24,000 nt of DNA from Candidatus Omnitrophota bacterium (lineage in GTDB: Bacteria > Omnitrophota > Gorgyraeia > B26-G9), in assembly GCA_018817585.1 (NCBI GenBank), contig JAHITE010000036.1, forward strand, positions 15,347 through 39,346, written 5' to 3'. A program made the translations under genes and the position numbers. Below, piece after piece: positions 1 to 10,122 of this stretch. Below the pieces are notes generated by a model. That model did no database searches and was not told the DNA's origin. It saw only the letters and a program-made list of their open reading frames with translations. Each line of letters starts with the position of its first letter. Within the stretch, counting starts at the first letter, position 1.

Positions 1-3000
1 ACTGTCAATCAAGCGGGTTGATGCCTGCTCAATCGGAATAATATCACTGGCCAGAATTTTCGGAGTATCTTCCTTTAAATCCAGCTTGCCCTTAACAATA
101 ACCACTTCATCTACCACCAGACTCATCTGCGTTTTTTTATATGTTTCCGGAAACACTAAAACTTCGACAAAACTTTCCGTATCTTCCAAACGCGCGATTG
201 CCATTTTCTCAGCTTTTCTTTTGGTCACCGTAATCTTGATCTTTTCCAAAATGCCGATAACCGAAACATCACAACCATTTGTATCCATTTTATGCAAATC
301 ACTGGTGTTTGACAACCCATATCTTTTAATTAGTTTTTTATACTGGTCCAAAGGATGGGCAGTAATATAAAAACCCAGCATCAATTTTTCATAAGCCAGC
401 AATTTTGAAATTGGCCATTCTTCAATATCCGCCAGGTCAGTGTTATCATTTTGATTATTATTTGGCTGTTCAAATAATAACAACTGTCCGCTTTGCTTAT
501 CTTTATTTATTGAACAAGCGAGATTAATAATTTTCTCCACTCCATCCATCAGCTGGGAGCGTTTAGCGCCCAGGCGGTCAAACGCTCCGCACTTAATCAA
601 ACTTTCCAAAACTTTTTTATTCGCCGCTTTGGAATCAACTCTTTTACAGCAGTTAACCAAAGAAGTGAAATCCCCTTCTTTTTTTCGGGCATTGATGATC
701 AAGTCTACTGCTCCGGAACCCACGTTTTTAACCGCGGATAGACCAAAGCGGATGGCATTGTCATCAACTACTGTAAACTGGGAAAAGCTTTCATTGATGT
801 CTGGAGGTAAAATTTTAATTTTCATTCGTTTGCATTCATTAATATAACGGGCGATTTTATCCATATTATCTTTTTCGCAAGTCAGCAATGCCGCCATAAA
901 CTCAACTGGATAATTGGCTTTTAAATAAGCGGTTTGATAGGAAATTAAAGCATAAGCCGTGGAATGGCTTTTATTAAAACCATATCCGGCAAAATATTCA
1001 ATCAGACCAAAAACTCTTTCCGCGATAGCTTTGCCTACATGATTTTTTATTGCTCCGTCAACGAATGTTTTTTTTAGATCCTCAATAACTTCCGGAATTT
1101 TTTTACCCATTGCCCGGCGCAGTAAATCCGCTTGGGCCAGCGAGAATCCAGCCAGGACATTACTAATGCGCATTACCTGTTCCTGATAAAGAATAACTCC
1201 ATAAGTTTCTTTAAGCACCGGTTCAAGCAAATCATGATCATACTTTACGTTTTCCCCTGAGCGTTTTCTTTTAATAAAATCATCAACCATGCCGCTGCCC
1301 AAAGGACCCGGACGATATAAAGCGAGCAAAGCAATGATATCTTCAAACTTATCAGGTTTGAGTTTTTTAAGAATATCCTGCATCCCGGTACTTTCCAGCT
1401 GAAACACTCCCTGGGTTTTCGCTTTTTTAAACAGATCAAAAGTCTTCTCATCTTCCAGATCAATCGTGCTGATATTCAGATCAATCCCTTTGGTCCGTTT
1501 TATAATTTTAACTGCCTGGGAAATAATTGTCAGAGTTTTTAAACCCAGAAAATCCATTTTTAATAAACCGATCTTATCCAGGGACTTCATCGTATAGCCG
1601 GTTGTGGTCTGGCCTTCCTGGGAGCGGTACAAAGGAATATGTTCATGCAGCGGTTTATCACTGATCACAACCCCGGCAGCATGCGTTGAGGCATGACGGT
1701 TAATCCCTTCAAGATTTAAAGCCGTATCAATCAATTCCTTAATATTCGCGTTAGATTTGTATAAATTTTTTAATTCCGGCTCAACATTAAGCGCTTTGGT
1801 TAAAGTAATATTCAGCTCATTGGGCACTAATTTCGCGATTTTATCAACCTCAGCATAAGGCATACCCAAAGCTCTGCCTACATCGCGAATCGCGCCTTTA
1901 GCAGCCATGGTTCCAAAAGTTATGATCTGAGCAACATTATCTTTGCCGTATTTATCAATTACATATTGAATTACTTCATCGCGGCGTTCAAAGCAAAAAT
2001 CAATATCAATATCCGGAAAGCTGACGCGGGCTGGATTTAAAAACCGTTCAAACAGCAGGTCATATTTTAAAGGATCAATTTCCGTGATCCCCGTTAAATA
2101 AGCGACAATACTTCCGGCAGCAGAACCGCGGCCAGGCCCAACCGGAATTTTTTTATCCTTGGCAAACTGGACAAAATCAGCGGTAATTAAAAAATAGCTG
2201 GCAAATCCGGAATGATTGATTACTCCCAGTTCCATCTCTAAGCGTTCTTTGGCTTGGGCTTCTCTGCCGGAAAATAAAGTTGGAATTTTTTCCAAGCACA
2301 TGTTTTTTAAAACATCAATTGCTTTTAGCCCGTCGGGAAGATTGTATTTGGGTAAATGGGTTTTGCTGAAATCAAGTTCCAGATTACACATCTCCGTGAT
2401 TTTAAGTGTATTGCTGATCGCGTCCGGAACTTCCGCGAACAGTTTTTTCATTTCCTCCGGAGATTTGAAATAAAATTCATTAGTGCTCATGCGCATTCTG
2501 TTGACATCGGCCAGCGTAGTCTGGGTCTGCAGACAAAGCAGCACTTCATGAGCTGTAGACATATCTTTTTTTAAATAATGCACATCATTGGTGGCGACTA
2601 AAGGAATATCCAGATTACGCGCCAGCTGAATCAGCAGTTTATTCGCTTTTTTCTGCTCAATTAATCCATGATCCATTAATTCAATATAAAAACAATCCGG
2701 TCCAAATAAATTCCTCATGAACCGCGCGGATTCAATCGCTTGTTTTTCCTGTCCAGCCAGAAGCAAGCTGGCAATTTCTCCTTTTAAACAGCCGCTCAGA
2801 CAAACTAATCCTTGGCAATACTCAGCCAGAACTTGTTTATCAATTCGCGGTTTATAATAAAATCCTTCGCGATTGGCAATTGATACCAGGCGAATCAGGT
2901 TTTTGTATCCTTGCTCGTCTTTAACCAATAAAGTAAGATGATTCTGTCCCTTGTGTCCGTCTTCGCCTCGGGCTAGGCGGCTGCCCTTAGCCACATACAA

Positions 3001-3207
3001 TTCACAGCCAATAATTGGTTTTAAACCTTTTTTCATTGCCTGGGAATAAAACTCAATCGCACCGAACATATTGCCATGATCAGTAATTGTCAAAGCCGGC
3101 ATCCGCATTTCATGAGCTAAATCAATTAATTTCGGCAGCATGCAAGCACCGTCAAGCAGACTATATTGACTATGTACATGTAAATGTACGAAATCACTGT
3201 GTTTCAT
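1..3207 (-). CDS. dnaE: DNA polymerase III alpha subunit (C-type PolIII/DnaE), C-terminus truncated by window edge
   Basis: Hand translation from the ATG at 3207-3205 gives MKHSDFVHLHVHSQYSLLDGACMLPKLIDLAHEMRMPALTITDHGNMFGAIEFYSQA, the classic PHP-domain start. The same frame at positions 60-1 reads KILASDIIPIEQASTRLIDS (OB-fold region). It has no stop in the window, which probably explains its absence from the ORF track. Confidence 0.96.
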   Translation of the reverse strand, partial: MKHSDFVHLHVHSQYSLLDGACMLPKLIDLAHEMRMPALTITDHGNMFGAIEFYSQAMKKGLKPIIGCELYVAKGSRLARGEDGHKGQNHLTLLVKDEQGYKNLIRLVSIANREGFYYKPRIDKQVLAEYCQGLVCLSGCLKGEIASLLLAGQEKQAIESARFMRNLFGPDCFYIELMDHGLIEQKKANKLLIQLARNLDIPLVATNDVHYLKKDMSTAHEVLLCLQTQTTLADVNRMRMSTNEFYFKSPEEMKKLFAEVPDAISNTLKITEMCNLELDFSKTHLPKYNLPDGLKAIDVLKNMCLEKIPTLFSGREAQAKERLEMELGVINHSGFASYFLITADFVQFAKDKKIPVGPGRGSAAGSIVAYLTGITEIDPLKYDLLFERFLNPARVSFPDIDIDFCFERRDEVIQYVIDKYGKDNVAQIITFGTMAAKGAIRDVGRALGMPYAEVDKIAKLVPNELNITLTKALNVEPELKNLYKSNANIKELIDTALNLEGINRHASTHAAGVVISDKPLHEHIPLYRSQEGQTTTGYTMKSLDKIGLLKMDFLGLKTLTIISQAVKIIKRTKGIDLNISTIDLEDEKTFDLFKKAKTQGVFQLESTGMQDILKKLKPDKFEDIIALLALYRPGPLGSGMVDDFIKRKRSGENVKYDHDLLEPVLKETYGVILYQEQVMRISNVLAGFSLAQADLLRRAMGKKIPEVIEDLKKTFVDGAIKNHVGKAIAERVFGLIEYFAGYGFNKSHSTAYALISYQTAYLKANYPVEFMAALLTCEKDNMDKIARYINECKRMKIKILPPDINESFSQFTVVDDNAIRFGLSAVKNVGSGAVDLIINARKKEGDFTSLVNCCKRVDSKAANKKVLESLIKCGAFDRLGAKRSQLMDGVEKIINLACSINKDKQSGQLLLFEQPNNNQNDNTDLADIEEWPISKLLAYEKLMLGFYITAHPLDQYKKLIKRYGLSNTSDLHKMDTNGCDVSVIGILEKIKITVTKRKAEKMAIARLEDTESFVEVLVFPETYKKTQMSLVVDEVVIVKGKLDLKEDTPKILASDIIPIEQASTRLIDS

Positions 3208-3346
3208 TTTATCTCTTAATTTCCGGAATCAACAGCATAATCCCTGATTAGTCACAAAGTCACCAGGACACAAGGTCACAAGGATAAAAACAAACTTCTA
3301 ATTCCAATGGTCAATAGCCGATCCGCCAGGCAAAAATTCTCTTTGA

Positions 3347-3400
3347 GCGGCGCGTTCTCGCTATTTTGGCATGGATGCCAAAATAGCGAGAACGCGCCGC
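3347..3400. repeat. Perfect 26-bp-arm inverted repeat with 2-nt centre
   Basis: gcggcgcgttctcgctattttggcat | gg | atgccaaaatagcgagaacgcgccgc; the arms are exact reverse complements. Confidence 0.95.
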
Positions 3401-3554
3401 TGGGCCTGCACGATGCAGGCTCAGGCTTAGCGAAAAGATGTGTTTTTGCCTGTCAAATAACTATTGCGCATTTGCGAATTCTGCTTTTCCTAACAGTAAA
3501 AGTTTATCCTTAGCGAAGTTCAATGGCTAATCGTTATCCGCTGCTTTTTTCTGT

Positions 3555-5093
3555 CTATTCCCACTCAATAGTTGCCGGAGGCTTACTACTGATATCATAG
3601 ACTACCCTGTTAACTCCTTTAACTTCGTTTATGATTTTATTGGAAACTCGGCCTAACATGTCCATGGGTAGTTTTGCCCAGTCAGCAGTCATCCCATCCA
3701 CGCTGGTAACTGCCCGCAGGGCAATCGTATTTTCATAAGTTCTCTCATCGCCCATTACGCCCACACTTCTGACCGGTAACAGTACTGATAAAGCCTGCCA
3801 AACATCATGGTATAAGCCGGCGGCTTTAATCTCTTCAATAAACCGTTTATCTGCCTGCCTGAGAATATCCAGTCTTTCCTTACTCACCGCGCCTAAAATC
3901 CGGATAGCCAGTCCTGGTCCGGGAAAAGGATGTCGGTCAACTAATTCCGCGGGTATTTTCAGTTCTTTGCCCAGCAGTCTAACTTCATCTTTAAATAAAA
4001 ATTTAAGCGGCTCAACTAATTTTAATTTCATTTTCTTCGGTAATCCGCCGACATTATGATGACTTTTGATCATTGAACTCGGCCCGCCAAACACGCTTTG
4101 ACTTTCAATTACATCAGGATAAAGCGTGCCTTGAGCTAAAAATTTTATGCCTTTGAGTTTTTTAGCATAAGCATCAAACACTTCAATAAATAATCTGCCG
4201 ATGATTTTTCTTTTCTTTTCCGGATCAGTCACGTTTTTTAGTTTATCGAGAAAAAGCTTTTCCGCCTCAGCATAGTGAAAATTCATTTTGTAATGTTTTT
4301 GGAAAGTATCGCGCACCTGATCAGCTTCGCCATCCCTAAGTAACCCATTATTTACAAAAATACAATGCAGTTTTGGGCCCAGGGCTTTGTGCAGCAATAC
4401 CGCGGCAACCGATGAGTCCACACCGCCGCTTAAGCCTAAAACAATGGATTCATTGCCTACCTGCTGCTGGATCTGTCTGATCGAGTCATGAATAAATGAC
4501 TGCATGGTCCACAGCCCTTTGCATTTGCAGACAGTAAACAAAAAATTCTTAAGAATAATATTGCCTTTAGGCGTGTGCACAACCTCCGGATGAAACTGCA
4601 CACCGAATATTTTTAATTTGCGATTACAAAAACTGGCAATACTGGAATTAGCGGTATGCGCTGACCCGATAAAATCCTTGGGCAGTTTCTTTACTTTATC
4701 TTCATGCGACATCCAGGTAATCATGGTTTTACCCAGACTCTTAAATAAATCACTAGAATCATCAATAAAAAGTTCTGTGTGTCCGTATTCCCGGGCTGAT
4801 GATTTACCGACCTTACCCTTAAAATGATGGGCAATCAGCTGCATGCCGTAACAAATCCCGAGTACCGGTATGCCTAATTCAAATATTTGCTCATCACATT
4901 TCGGCGCGTTTTCCTGAGTAAGACTCTTCGGTCCTCCGGAAAAAATAATTCCCTGAGGATTAAGTTCTTTAATTTTATCCGCGCTAATCTGAGGAGGATG
5001 AACCTCGCAGTAAACATTATATTCGCGTACCCTTCGGGCAATCAGCTGACTATACTGTGAACCAAAATCAATTATTACAATTAACTCTTTCAT
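3555..5093 (-). CDS. guaA: GMP synthase (glutamine-hydrolysing)
   Basis: ORF 512 aa: class-I amidotransferase motif [11 protein letters not shown]-loop ATPase [15 protein letters not shown]-terminal KPPATIEWE. Confidence 0.98.
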   Translation of the reverse strand: MKELIVIIDFGSQYSQLIARRVREYNVYCEVHPPQISADKIKELNPQGIIFSGGPKSLTQENAPKCDEQIFELGIPVLGICYGMQLIAHHFKGKVGKSSAREYGHTELFIDDSSDLFKSLGKTMITWMSHEDKVKKLPKDFIGSAHTANSSIASFCNRKLKIFGVQFHPEVVHTPKGNIILKNFLFTVCKCKGLWTMQSFIHDSIRQIQQQVGNESIVLGLSGGVDSSVAAVLLHKALGPKLHCIFVNNGLLRDGEADQVRDTFQKHYKMNFHYAEAEKLFLDKLKNVTDPEKKRKIIGRLFIEVFDAYAKKLKGIKFLAQGTLYPDVIESQSVFGGPSSMIKSHHNVGGLPKKMKLKLVEPLKFLFKDEVRLLGKELKIPAELVDRHPFPGPGLAIRILGAVSKERLDILRQADKRFIEEIKAAGLYHDVWQALSVLLPVRSVGVMGDERTYENTIALRAVTSVDGMTADWAKLPMDMLGRVSNKIINEVKGVNRVVYDISSKPPATIEWE

Positions 5094-5557
5094 TATGTTA
5101 AAATCCTATAAAGTTCATCCAAAGACTGGGAAATTACTTTGGAATCAGTTAAGACAGGCATAAAATTGGTGTCTGAATCCCAGCGCGGAACTATATGCAT
5201 ATGCAAATGCTGGTCAATTCCAGCTCCCGCTACCTTTCCGACATTAAATCCAATATTAAATCCTTGCGCCTGAAGTTTTAATTTTAATAGTTTAGTTGTG
5301 TCTTTAACGAATTCAAACATTTCCGACCACTCCTGCGGCGTCAGTTTGTCAATATCCGCGATATGGCGATAAGGCGAGATCATAATATGCCCATTATTAT
5401 AGGGAAATATATTTAAAATTGAAAATACATATTTCCCTCGTCTGATAATATAGTTAATCTTGTCTTTTTTTTGCTTGGGTTTTAGACAAAATATACAGCC
5501 TTTGGTTTTTTTCGCTTGAATGTACTTTATCCGCCAGGGAGCCCATAATTTATCCAT
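5093..5557 (-). CDS. HIT family hydrolase (AP4A hydrolase/phosphorylase-like)
   Basis: Zn/HIT-type protein: [13 protein letters not shown]...CIFC..., HIT triad region [11 protein letters not shown]. Stop and guaA start overlap (TAATG). Confidence 0.93.
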   Translation of the reverse strand: MDKLWAPWRIKYIQAKKTKGCIFCLKPKQKKDKINYIIRRGKYVFSILNIFPYNNGHIMISPYRHIADIDKLTPQEWSEMFEFVKDTTKLLKLKLQAQGFNIGFNVGKVAGAGIDQHLHMHIVPRWDSDTNFMPVLTDSKVISQSLDELYRILT

Positions 5558-5622
5558 ATTGCCTCTTTTCCGCGAAAATTAATTTATAATATTATAGCAT
5601 GTTTTTCTACGCGATGATTTAT

Positions 5623-6102
5623 TTATATTTCGATGATCCGGCTGTTTATCTTGCCGTTTAATTCAATGATTCCGATTGACCGCTGATTAGCAAGCATATC
5701 CGTCGCGCTGCCGGGATTAAAAAATAAAATTCCGTTATTTTTTTCATTCAGCGCTTTGTGAGTATGTCCAAAGATAATAATATCAACTTGTTTAAATTCT
5801 TTAGCAAGCCGCTCAGTTATATTCAGCGGCGGTCCCCAGCCATGAGTCAGGCCAATCGTATATTTTCCGGCTTTGATAATTTTCTTTTGCGGCAGCCTCC
5901 CTTGAAGCTGAGGACTATCCATATTGCCGCATACAGCCTGCACATCAGCGCAGTATTGATACAGCTGATCAATTACGCACTGATTAACAATATCTCCGGC
6001 ATGGATAATCATATCCGCGCCTTTAAAATGTTTTTTTAATACCGCTGGTAAATCATCACAAACATCCGGAATATGCGTGTCAGAAATTACGCCAATCTTC
6101 AT
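5623..6102 (-). CDS. Metallophosphoesterase, YfcE/MJ0936 family
   Basis: MKIGVISDTHIPD, GADMIIHAGDIV, CGNMD, GLTHGWG, IIFGHTHKA motifs. Confidence 0.92.
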   Translation of the reverse strand: MKIGVISDTHIPDVCDDLPAVLKKHFKGADMIIHAGDIVNQCVIDQLYQYCADVQAVCGNMDSPQLQGRLPQKKIIKAGKYTIGLTHGWGPPLNITERLAKEFKQVDIIIFGHTHKALNEKNNGILFFNPGSATDMLANQRSIGIIELNGKINSRIIEI

Positions 6103-7712
6103 TTTAGCAGCCTTGGTTTTTCAAATAAGGTTAAAAGTTCATTTAAAATATTTTGATCCCATATCCAGACTTTGGCATCTAAAGCTTTTAATTTAGCATT
6201 CGCGTCAATGCCGTCTAAAGTAATCAGTATTTTCTTGATCATATCCTTACGCTTGGCTTTTTCCAGAAAATATCCGATTTTCACTTCATCAACAAAATCA
6301 TTTTCAATACAGCATATCCAGGTTTTTTTCAGTCTGCGGGCATTAACTAAACAGGCTCCGTTATTATCCTGAACATCAATTTGATCAAAATGCGTAAGCA
6401 TAAACCGTTTGCGGTCTAACTCCACAATATCGTTTTCAAATAACCCAAACAATTCTTTTACTCTTTGCTGAACTTTCTTAGCGGATTCATCGGCAAATGT
6501 CCTTATCAGATTTCTGATTTCAGTTTCAAATTTCAGTTCTGATTCATCCTGGTCAGCGCTGAACCAGTTTTCCTGCTTAGCCATGACAAATCTCAGCCAA
6601 TAAATAAACAGCGGATCATTTATCTCATTAAACACTCCCCGCTTAGATATAATATCTTTCTGCGCCAAGGCAGTTAAATGCCGGTTTAGTTCCGGAGCTT
6701 TTTTATTCAGCAGCCTGCCGATTAGCGAGGTTTTTTTAGTTCCATTGGCTATAGCCAGCAAAATCCGCGGATAGAGATTTTTATGATTAATATTTAAAAT
6801 AGCATGGTATTTATGATTAAAATATTGATTAATCACTCCGTGATCATTATTCATCAGCTCTGTTAAACTGTGAAGTAATTCTTTTTCCGTAACACAATTC
6901 GTCGCGTTTTCCAGACAGACACATTTTATTTGCTCGCAAATTACGCTCAGATAAAACGGATATCCTCCGCTGAAATTAATGATAAAATTCTTAAGTAAAC
7001 AATCAATTTTAATTTTATCCAGTTTGTTTTCAATGAACTGCCCGGCGATATTATTGTCAAAAGGCTGGAGATTAATCATTTCGAAATTACCGAACAATAA
7101 GCTTAGTTTTTTTGCCAGAATATTTAAGGAATTATGGATTGTAGAACTAACCACAATATACATTGTGTTTTTCTGCACCATGATTTTATTGCTCAGTTCG
7201 AGAAACGGATTGCTGAGTTTAAAATCCTCCAGATTCTGAAATTCATCAAAGATCAATAAAATTGGTTTTTTTGTTTCATCATACAAAACTTGAGGCAGAT
7301 CCAAGAGCAGTGAATAAATCTCATCATAATCCGCTTCATCTTTTAATAATTTATTTATCTGGCTGATTGCTTTAGCTGTTTTTGGCGCGGTTTCTTTACA
7401 CTTGGCCAAAAGCAATTCAAAACCATCAGGAATTTCTCCTTTTTCCAGCTGCAAATACTGATAAAACAAAACCCCGATAAAATGCTTGGCGAATAATTCA
7501 AACGATTTTGTTTTCACATTCAGATATATCGCAATTATTGTGCCGTCTTTGATTGTCTTAAGTAAATCAAAAATCAAAGATGTTTTGCCTAAAGCCTGAT
7601 GCCCGATGATCGCGATATTCTGGCGATATTTATTTTTAAAAGCACTAACCCGCTTTTGCAGGAGTTCTAAAATATCAGAACGTACATGGCCTTTATTTTG
7701 CAAAGAAAGCAT
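6099..7712 (-). CDS. P-loop ATPase of the AAA/STAND-like (archaeal-type ATPase) group with an uncharacterised C-terminal domain
   Basis: Walker A GHQALGKTSLI, Walker B PILLIFDEF, sensor-like YIVVSST, winged-helix-like region; overlaps the phosphoesterase start by 4 nt. Confidence 0.75.
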   Translation of the reverse strand: MLSLQNKGHVRSDILELLQKRVSAFKNKYRQNIAIIGHQALGKTSLIFDLLKTIKDGTIIAIYLNVKTKSFELFAKHFIGVLFYQYLQLEKGEIPDGFELLLAKCKETAPKTAKAISQINKLLKDEADYDEIYSLLLDLPQVLYDETKKPILLIFDEFQNLEDFKLSNPFLELSNKIMVQKNTMYIVVSSTIHNSLNILAKKLSLLFGNFEMINLQPFDNNIAGQFIENKLDKIKIDCLLKNFIINFSGGYPFYLSVICEQIKCVCLENATNCVTEKELLHSLTELMNNDHGVINQYFNHKYHAILNINHKNLYPRILLAIANGTKKTSLIGRLLNKKAPELNRHLTALAQKDIISKRGVFNEINDPLFIYWLRFVMAKQENWFSADQDESELKFETEIRNLIRTFADESAKKVQQRVKELFGLFENDIVELDRKRFMLTHFDQIDVQDNNGACLVNARRLKKTWICCIENDFVDEVKIGYFLEKAKRKDMIKKILITLDGIDANAKLKALDAKVWIWDQNILNELLTLFEKPRLLK

Positions 7713-7732
7713 AATTCCATCATTTCTCCCGA

Positions 7733-8407
7733 TTAAGGCAAATACAATATCGGATTTTGTGGTTTATTCTTCTTCCTTAACTCAAAATGTACCAAACAGC
7801 TGGATGCACGGCCTGTGCTTCCAGCTTTGGCAATGACCTGTCCTTGTCTTACAAAATCTCCTGTTTTAACCAAATTCTCGTTATTATTACTATACACAGT
7901 TACAAAATCATTATTATGCGCGATAATAATTGTTTTACCATAGCCGCGCAGATTCTGCGATGTAAACACAATATTGCCGGCTGCCGCGGCACTGATCGCG
8001 TTTCCCTGTTTAGCCAGGATATCGATGCCTTGATTGAGCACATCCTGTTTTTGCTCATTAAACCCAAGAACAATCTCCCCTTTATACGGCCAATCAAACA
8101 GACTCCCGGGTTTACATTGGGAATTTTCGCTGTTCATCCGCATTTCATCCGGAATAAAGATTTTCTGGCCAACTTCAATGCTTTTGGCATTATCGATTCT
8201 GTTAAAATTCGCCAGCTGGTCTAAGTTAACGGCATAACACTTGGCTATGCTCCAGAGAGTTTCCCCGCGTTTGACAATATAATATTCCCCTTTTGTTTCC
8301 GGAGATATAACAACCAAAGGCAGCAGATTATTGGGTTTTTGCCGAGTTGAACATCCTGATGCCAGAATAAGTATTACAATTAGTATGGTTTTTATTCCTG
8401 CTTTCAT
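7733..8407 (-). CDS. LysM-domain M23-family peptidoglycan peptidase-like lipoprotein (NlpD-like)
   Basis: Lipobox LILASGCS, LysM YYIVKRGETLWSIAKCYAVNLDQLANFN, M23-like GNIVFTSQNLRGYGKTIIIAHNNDFVTVYSNN...VHFELRKKNKPQNPILYLP. The first catalytic His motif appears degenerate (NQGIDI). Confidence 0.88.
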   Translation of the reverse strand: MKAGIKTILIVILILASGCSTRQKPNNLLPLVVISPETKGEYYIVKRGETLWSIAKCYAVNLDQLANFNRIDNAKSIEVGQKIFIPDEMRMNSENSQCKPGSLFDWPYKGEIVLGFNEQKQDVLNQGIDILAKQGNAISAAAAGNIVFTSQNLRGYGKTIIIAHNNDFVTVYSNNNENLVKTGDFVRQGQVIAKAGSTGRASSCLVHFELRKKNKPQNPILYLP

Positions 8408-8466
8408 CTTCCCTCAAAACTGTTTTAATCAAAGTAATAAACCTTTAGCTCGAATCTCCATACTTT

Positions 8467-8540
8467 TGGAGCGGGCGAAGGGAATCGAACCCTCATATTC
8501 AGCTTGGGAAGCTGATGTTCTACCACTGAACTACGCCCGC
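8467..8540 (-). tRNA. tRNA-Gly, anticodon CCC
   Basis: GCGGGCG TA GTTC AGTGGTA GAAC A TCAGC TTCCCAA GCTGA ATAT GAGGG TTCGATT CCCTT CGCCCGC T CCA: full cloverleaf with 7-bp acceptor pairing and encoded CCA. Confidence 0.96.
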
Positions 8541-8583
8541 TTTACTTGTAGTATAAAAAATACTTCTCTATTATCCGTGCTGT

Positions 8584-9858
8584 TTAACCGTCCATTAGTT
8601 TCATTGAGCAAAATTCACCGCACATAGTGCAGGCATCACTAACTTTTGGCTGGGAAGCTTTTCTGCTGGCGCGGATTAATTCCGGATCCATCGCCATACT
8701 GATTTGGGTTTCCCAATCTCTTTTTTTACGCGCTAAACTCATTAAACGGTCTTTTTCCCAAGCCTGTTTATTTCCGCGGGCCAAATCCCCGCTGTGCGCC
8801 GCGATCCGGCTGGCAATAACCCCTTGCTTTATATCTTCAATATTCGGCAGTTTAATATGTTCCGCCGGAGTAACAAAACAAATAAAATCAGCACCGCTGG
8901 CCGCGGCAATACCTGAGCCGATTGCCGCGGTAATATGATCATATCCCATGCCGATATCTGTTACCAATGGGCCTAAAACATAAAACGGCGCGCCGTCGCA
9001 ATATTTTTTCTGCAAAGCAATGTTTCGAGGAATTTGATCAATCGGAATATGTCCAGGACCTTCAATCATTACCTGAACTCCCTTGGCTTGAGCTTGTTTA
9101 GCTAATTTGCCCAAAAGTTTTAACTCCGCGATCTGGGGCTTATCCGTGGCATCGATAATCGTACCAGGTCTTAAACCATCACCTAAGCTAAGCGTCACAT
9201 CGTATTTTTTACAAATTTCAATCACATCATCAAAATATTCATAAAACGGATTTTCTTTGTTTGTCTGCTTAATCCAATCAGCAGTAATCGCGCCTCCCCG
9301 GCTGACAATTCCCATAAACCGCGGATGCTGTTCCAAAGTTTTTAAAGTTTTCTTGGTGATCCCGGAATGAATCGTAAAAAAATCAACTCCGGTTTTAGCT
9401 TGTTCAGTCAAAACATCAAGAAAATCATTTTTCGTTAAATTATAAATACTGCCTCTGAGTTTCTTTGCCGACAAAGCGATTTCATACAGCGGTACTGTTC
9501 CTAAGGGAACACTGCAGTGATCAATCAGCAGCTTTTGATTTTTCCGGATATTACCGGCAATACTCAGATCCATTACTGTATCCGCGCCGAACTGAATCGC
9601 GGTTTTTAGTTTTTTTAATTCATTCTTCGCGTCAGATTCATCCGGAGATGTGCCGAGATTAGCATTGATTTTAACACTCATCAGCCGGCCAATACCGCAA
9701 GGTTTCTCCAGTTTGCGGGTATTATTGGCGGGAATAACCAGTTTTCCCTGAGCGATTTTTTCTAAGATCAATTTTGGTGCAATGTATTCTTTTTTTGCTA
9801 TTTGTTCTACAAGCAAAGTGGACTTACCGGATATAGCGGATTCAATTAAAGTTTTCAT
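8584..9858 (-). CDS. thiC: Phosphomethylpyrimidine synthase (ThiC)
   Basis: NANLGTSPDE, GADTVMDLS, VEGPGHIPIDQI, FLCVTPAEH-like FICFVTPAEHI, C-terminal CxxCG-type CTMCGEFCSMK. Confidence 0.97.
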   Translation of the reverse strand: MKTLIESAISGKSTLLVEQIAKKEYIAPKLILEKIAQGKLVIPANNTRKLEKPCGIGRLMSVKINANLGTSPDESDAKNELKKLKTAIQFGADTVMDLSIAGNIRKNQKLLIDHCSVPLGTVPLYEIALSAKKLRGSIYNLTKNDFLDVLTEQAKTGVDFFTIHSGITKKTLKTLEQHPRFMGIVSRGGAITADWIKQTNKENPFYEYFDDVIEICKKYDVTLSLGDGLRPGTIIDATDKPQIAELKLLGKLAKQAQAKGVQVMIEGPGHIPIDQIPRNIALQKKYCDGAPFYVLGPLVTDIGMGYDHITAAIGSGIAAASGADFICFVTPAEHIKLPNIEDIKQGVIASRIAAHSGDLARGNKQAWEKDRLMSLARKKRDWETQISMAMDPELIRASRKASQPKVSDACTMCGEFCSMKLMDG

Positions 9859-10045
9859 TGTATTTATTCTTTGGTTTTGGATTTAAAAGCTGCGCGAGGA
9901 TTGCTTGGCAATCAGTGAATAATCACCTGTAAGAGGAATTAAAAACAGGATTACTCCATACTTTAATTAATAATTAAATTGGAATTAAACCGCAGTTTAA
10001 AATATTCTTACTCTATATTTAAACGCAAACTATAAAAGCCGTGTT

Positions 10046-10122
10046 AATGCTTTAATTAAATTTAAAATACTATTACCCTACAATTAAATTAAATTAAATC
10101 AATTCAATTCAATGCTTTAATT
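10046..10122. repeat. AT-rich low-complexity tract with approximate 5-bp period, bounded by two AATGCTTTAATT direct repeats
   Basis: AATGCTTTAATT at 10046-10057 and again at 10111-10122; attaa/ttcaa pentamers between about 10082 and 10112. Confidence 0.6.

Noticed and set aside
86-2574. Plus-strand and alternate-frame ORFs of 72-94 aa in the first 2.6 kb, including the minus-strand ORF 1245-1463
   Set aside because: All fall inside the intact dnaE frame on the minus strand; they are shadow ORFs with no recognisable domains.
3307-3513. 68-aa plus-strand ORF
   Set aside because: It is produced by reading through the palindromic element; low-quality composition and no homology signature.
7606-8627. 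Plus-strand ORFs 7606-7836, 7787-8224, 8034-8237 and 8331-8627, and the minus-strand ORF 7900-8097
   Set aside because: Antisense or alternate-frame to the ATPase, LysM/M23 gene and tRNA-Gly. The 8331-8627 ORF crosses the tRNA (AKGIEPSYSAWEAD-type peptide is a known tRNA antisense artefact).
9859-9990. TPP riboswitch upstream of thiC
   Set aside because: Expected THI-box motifs were not found on the minus strand by inspection.
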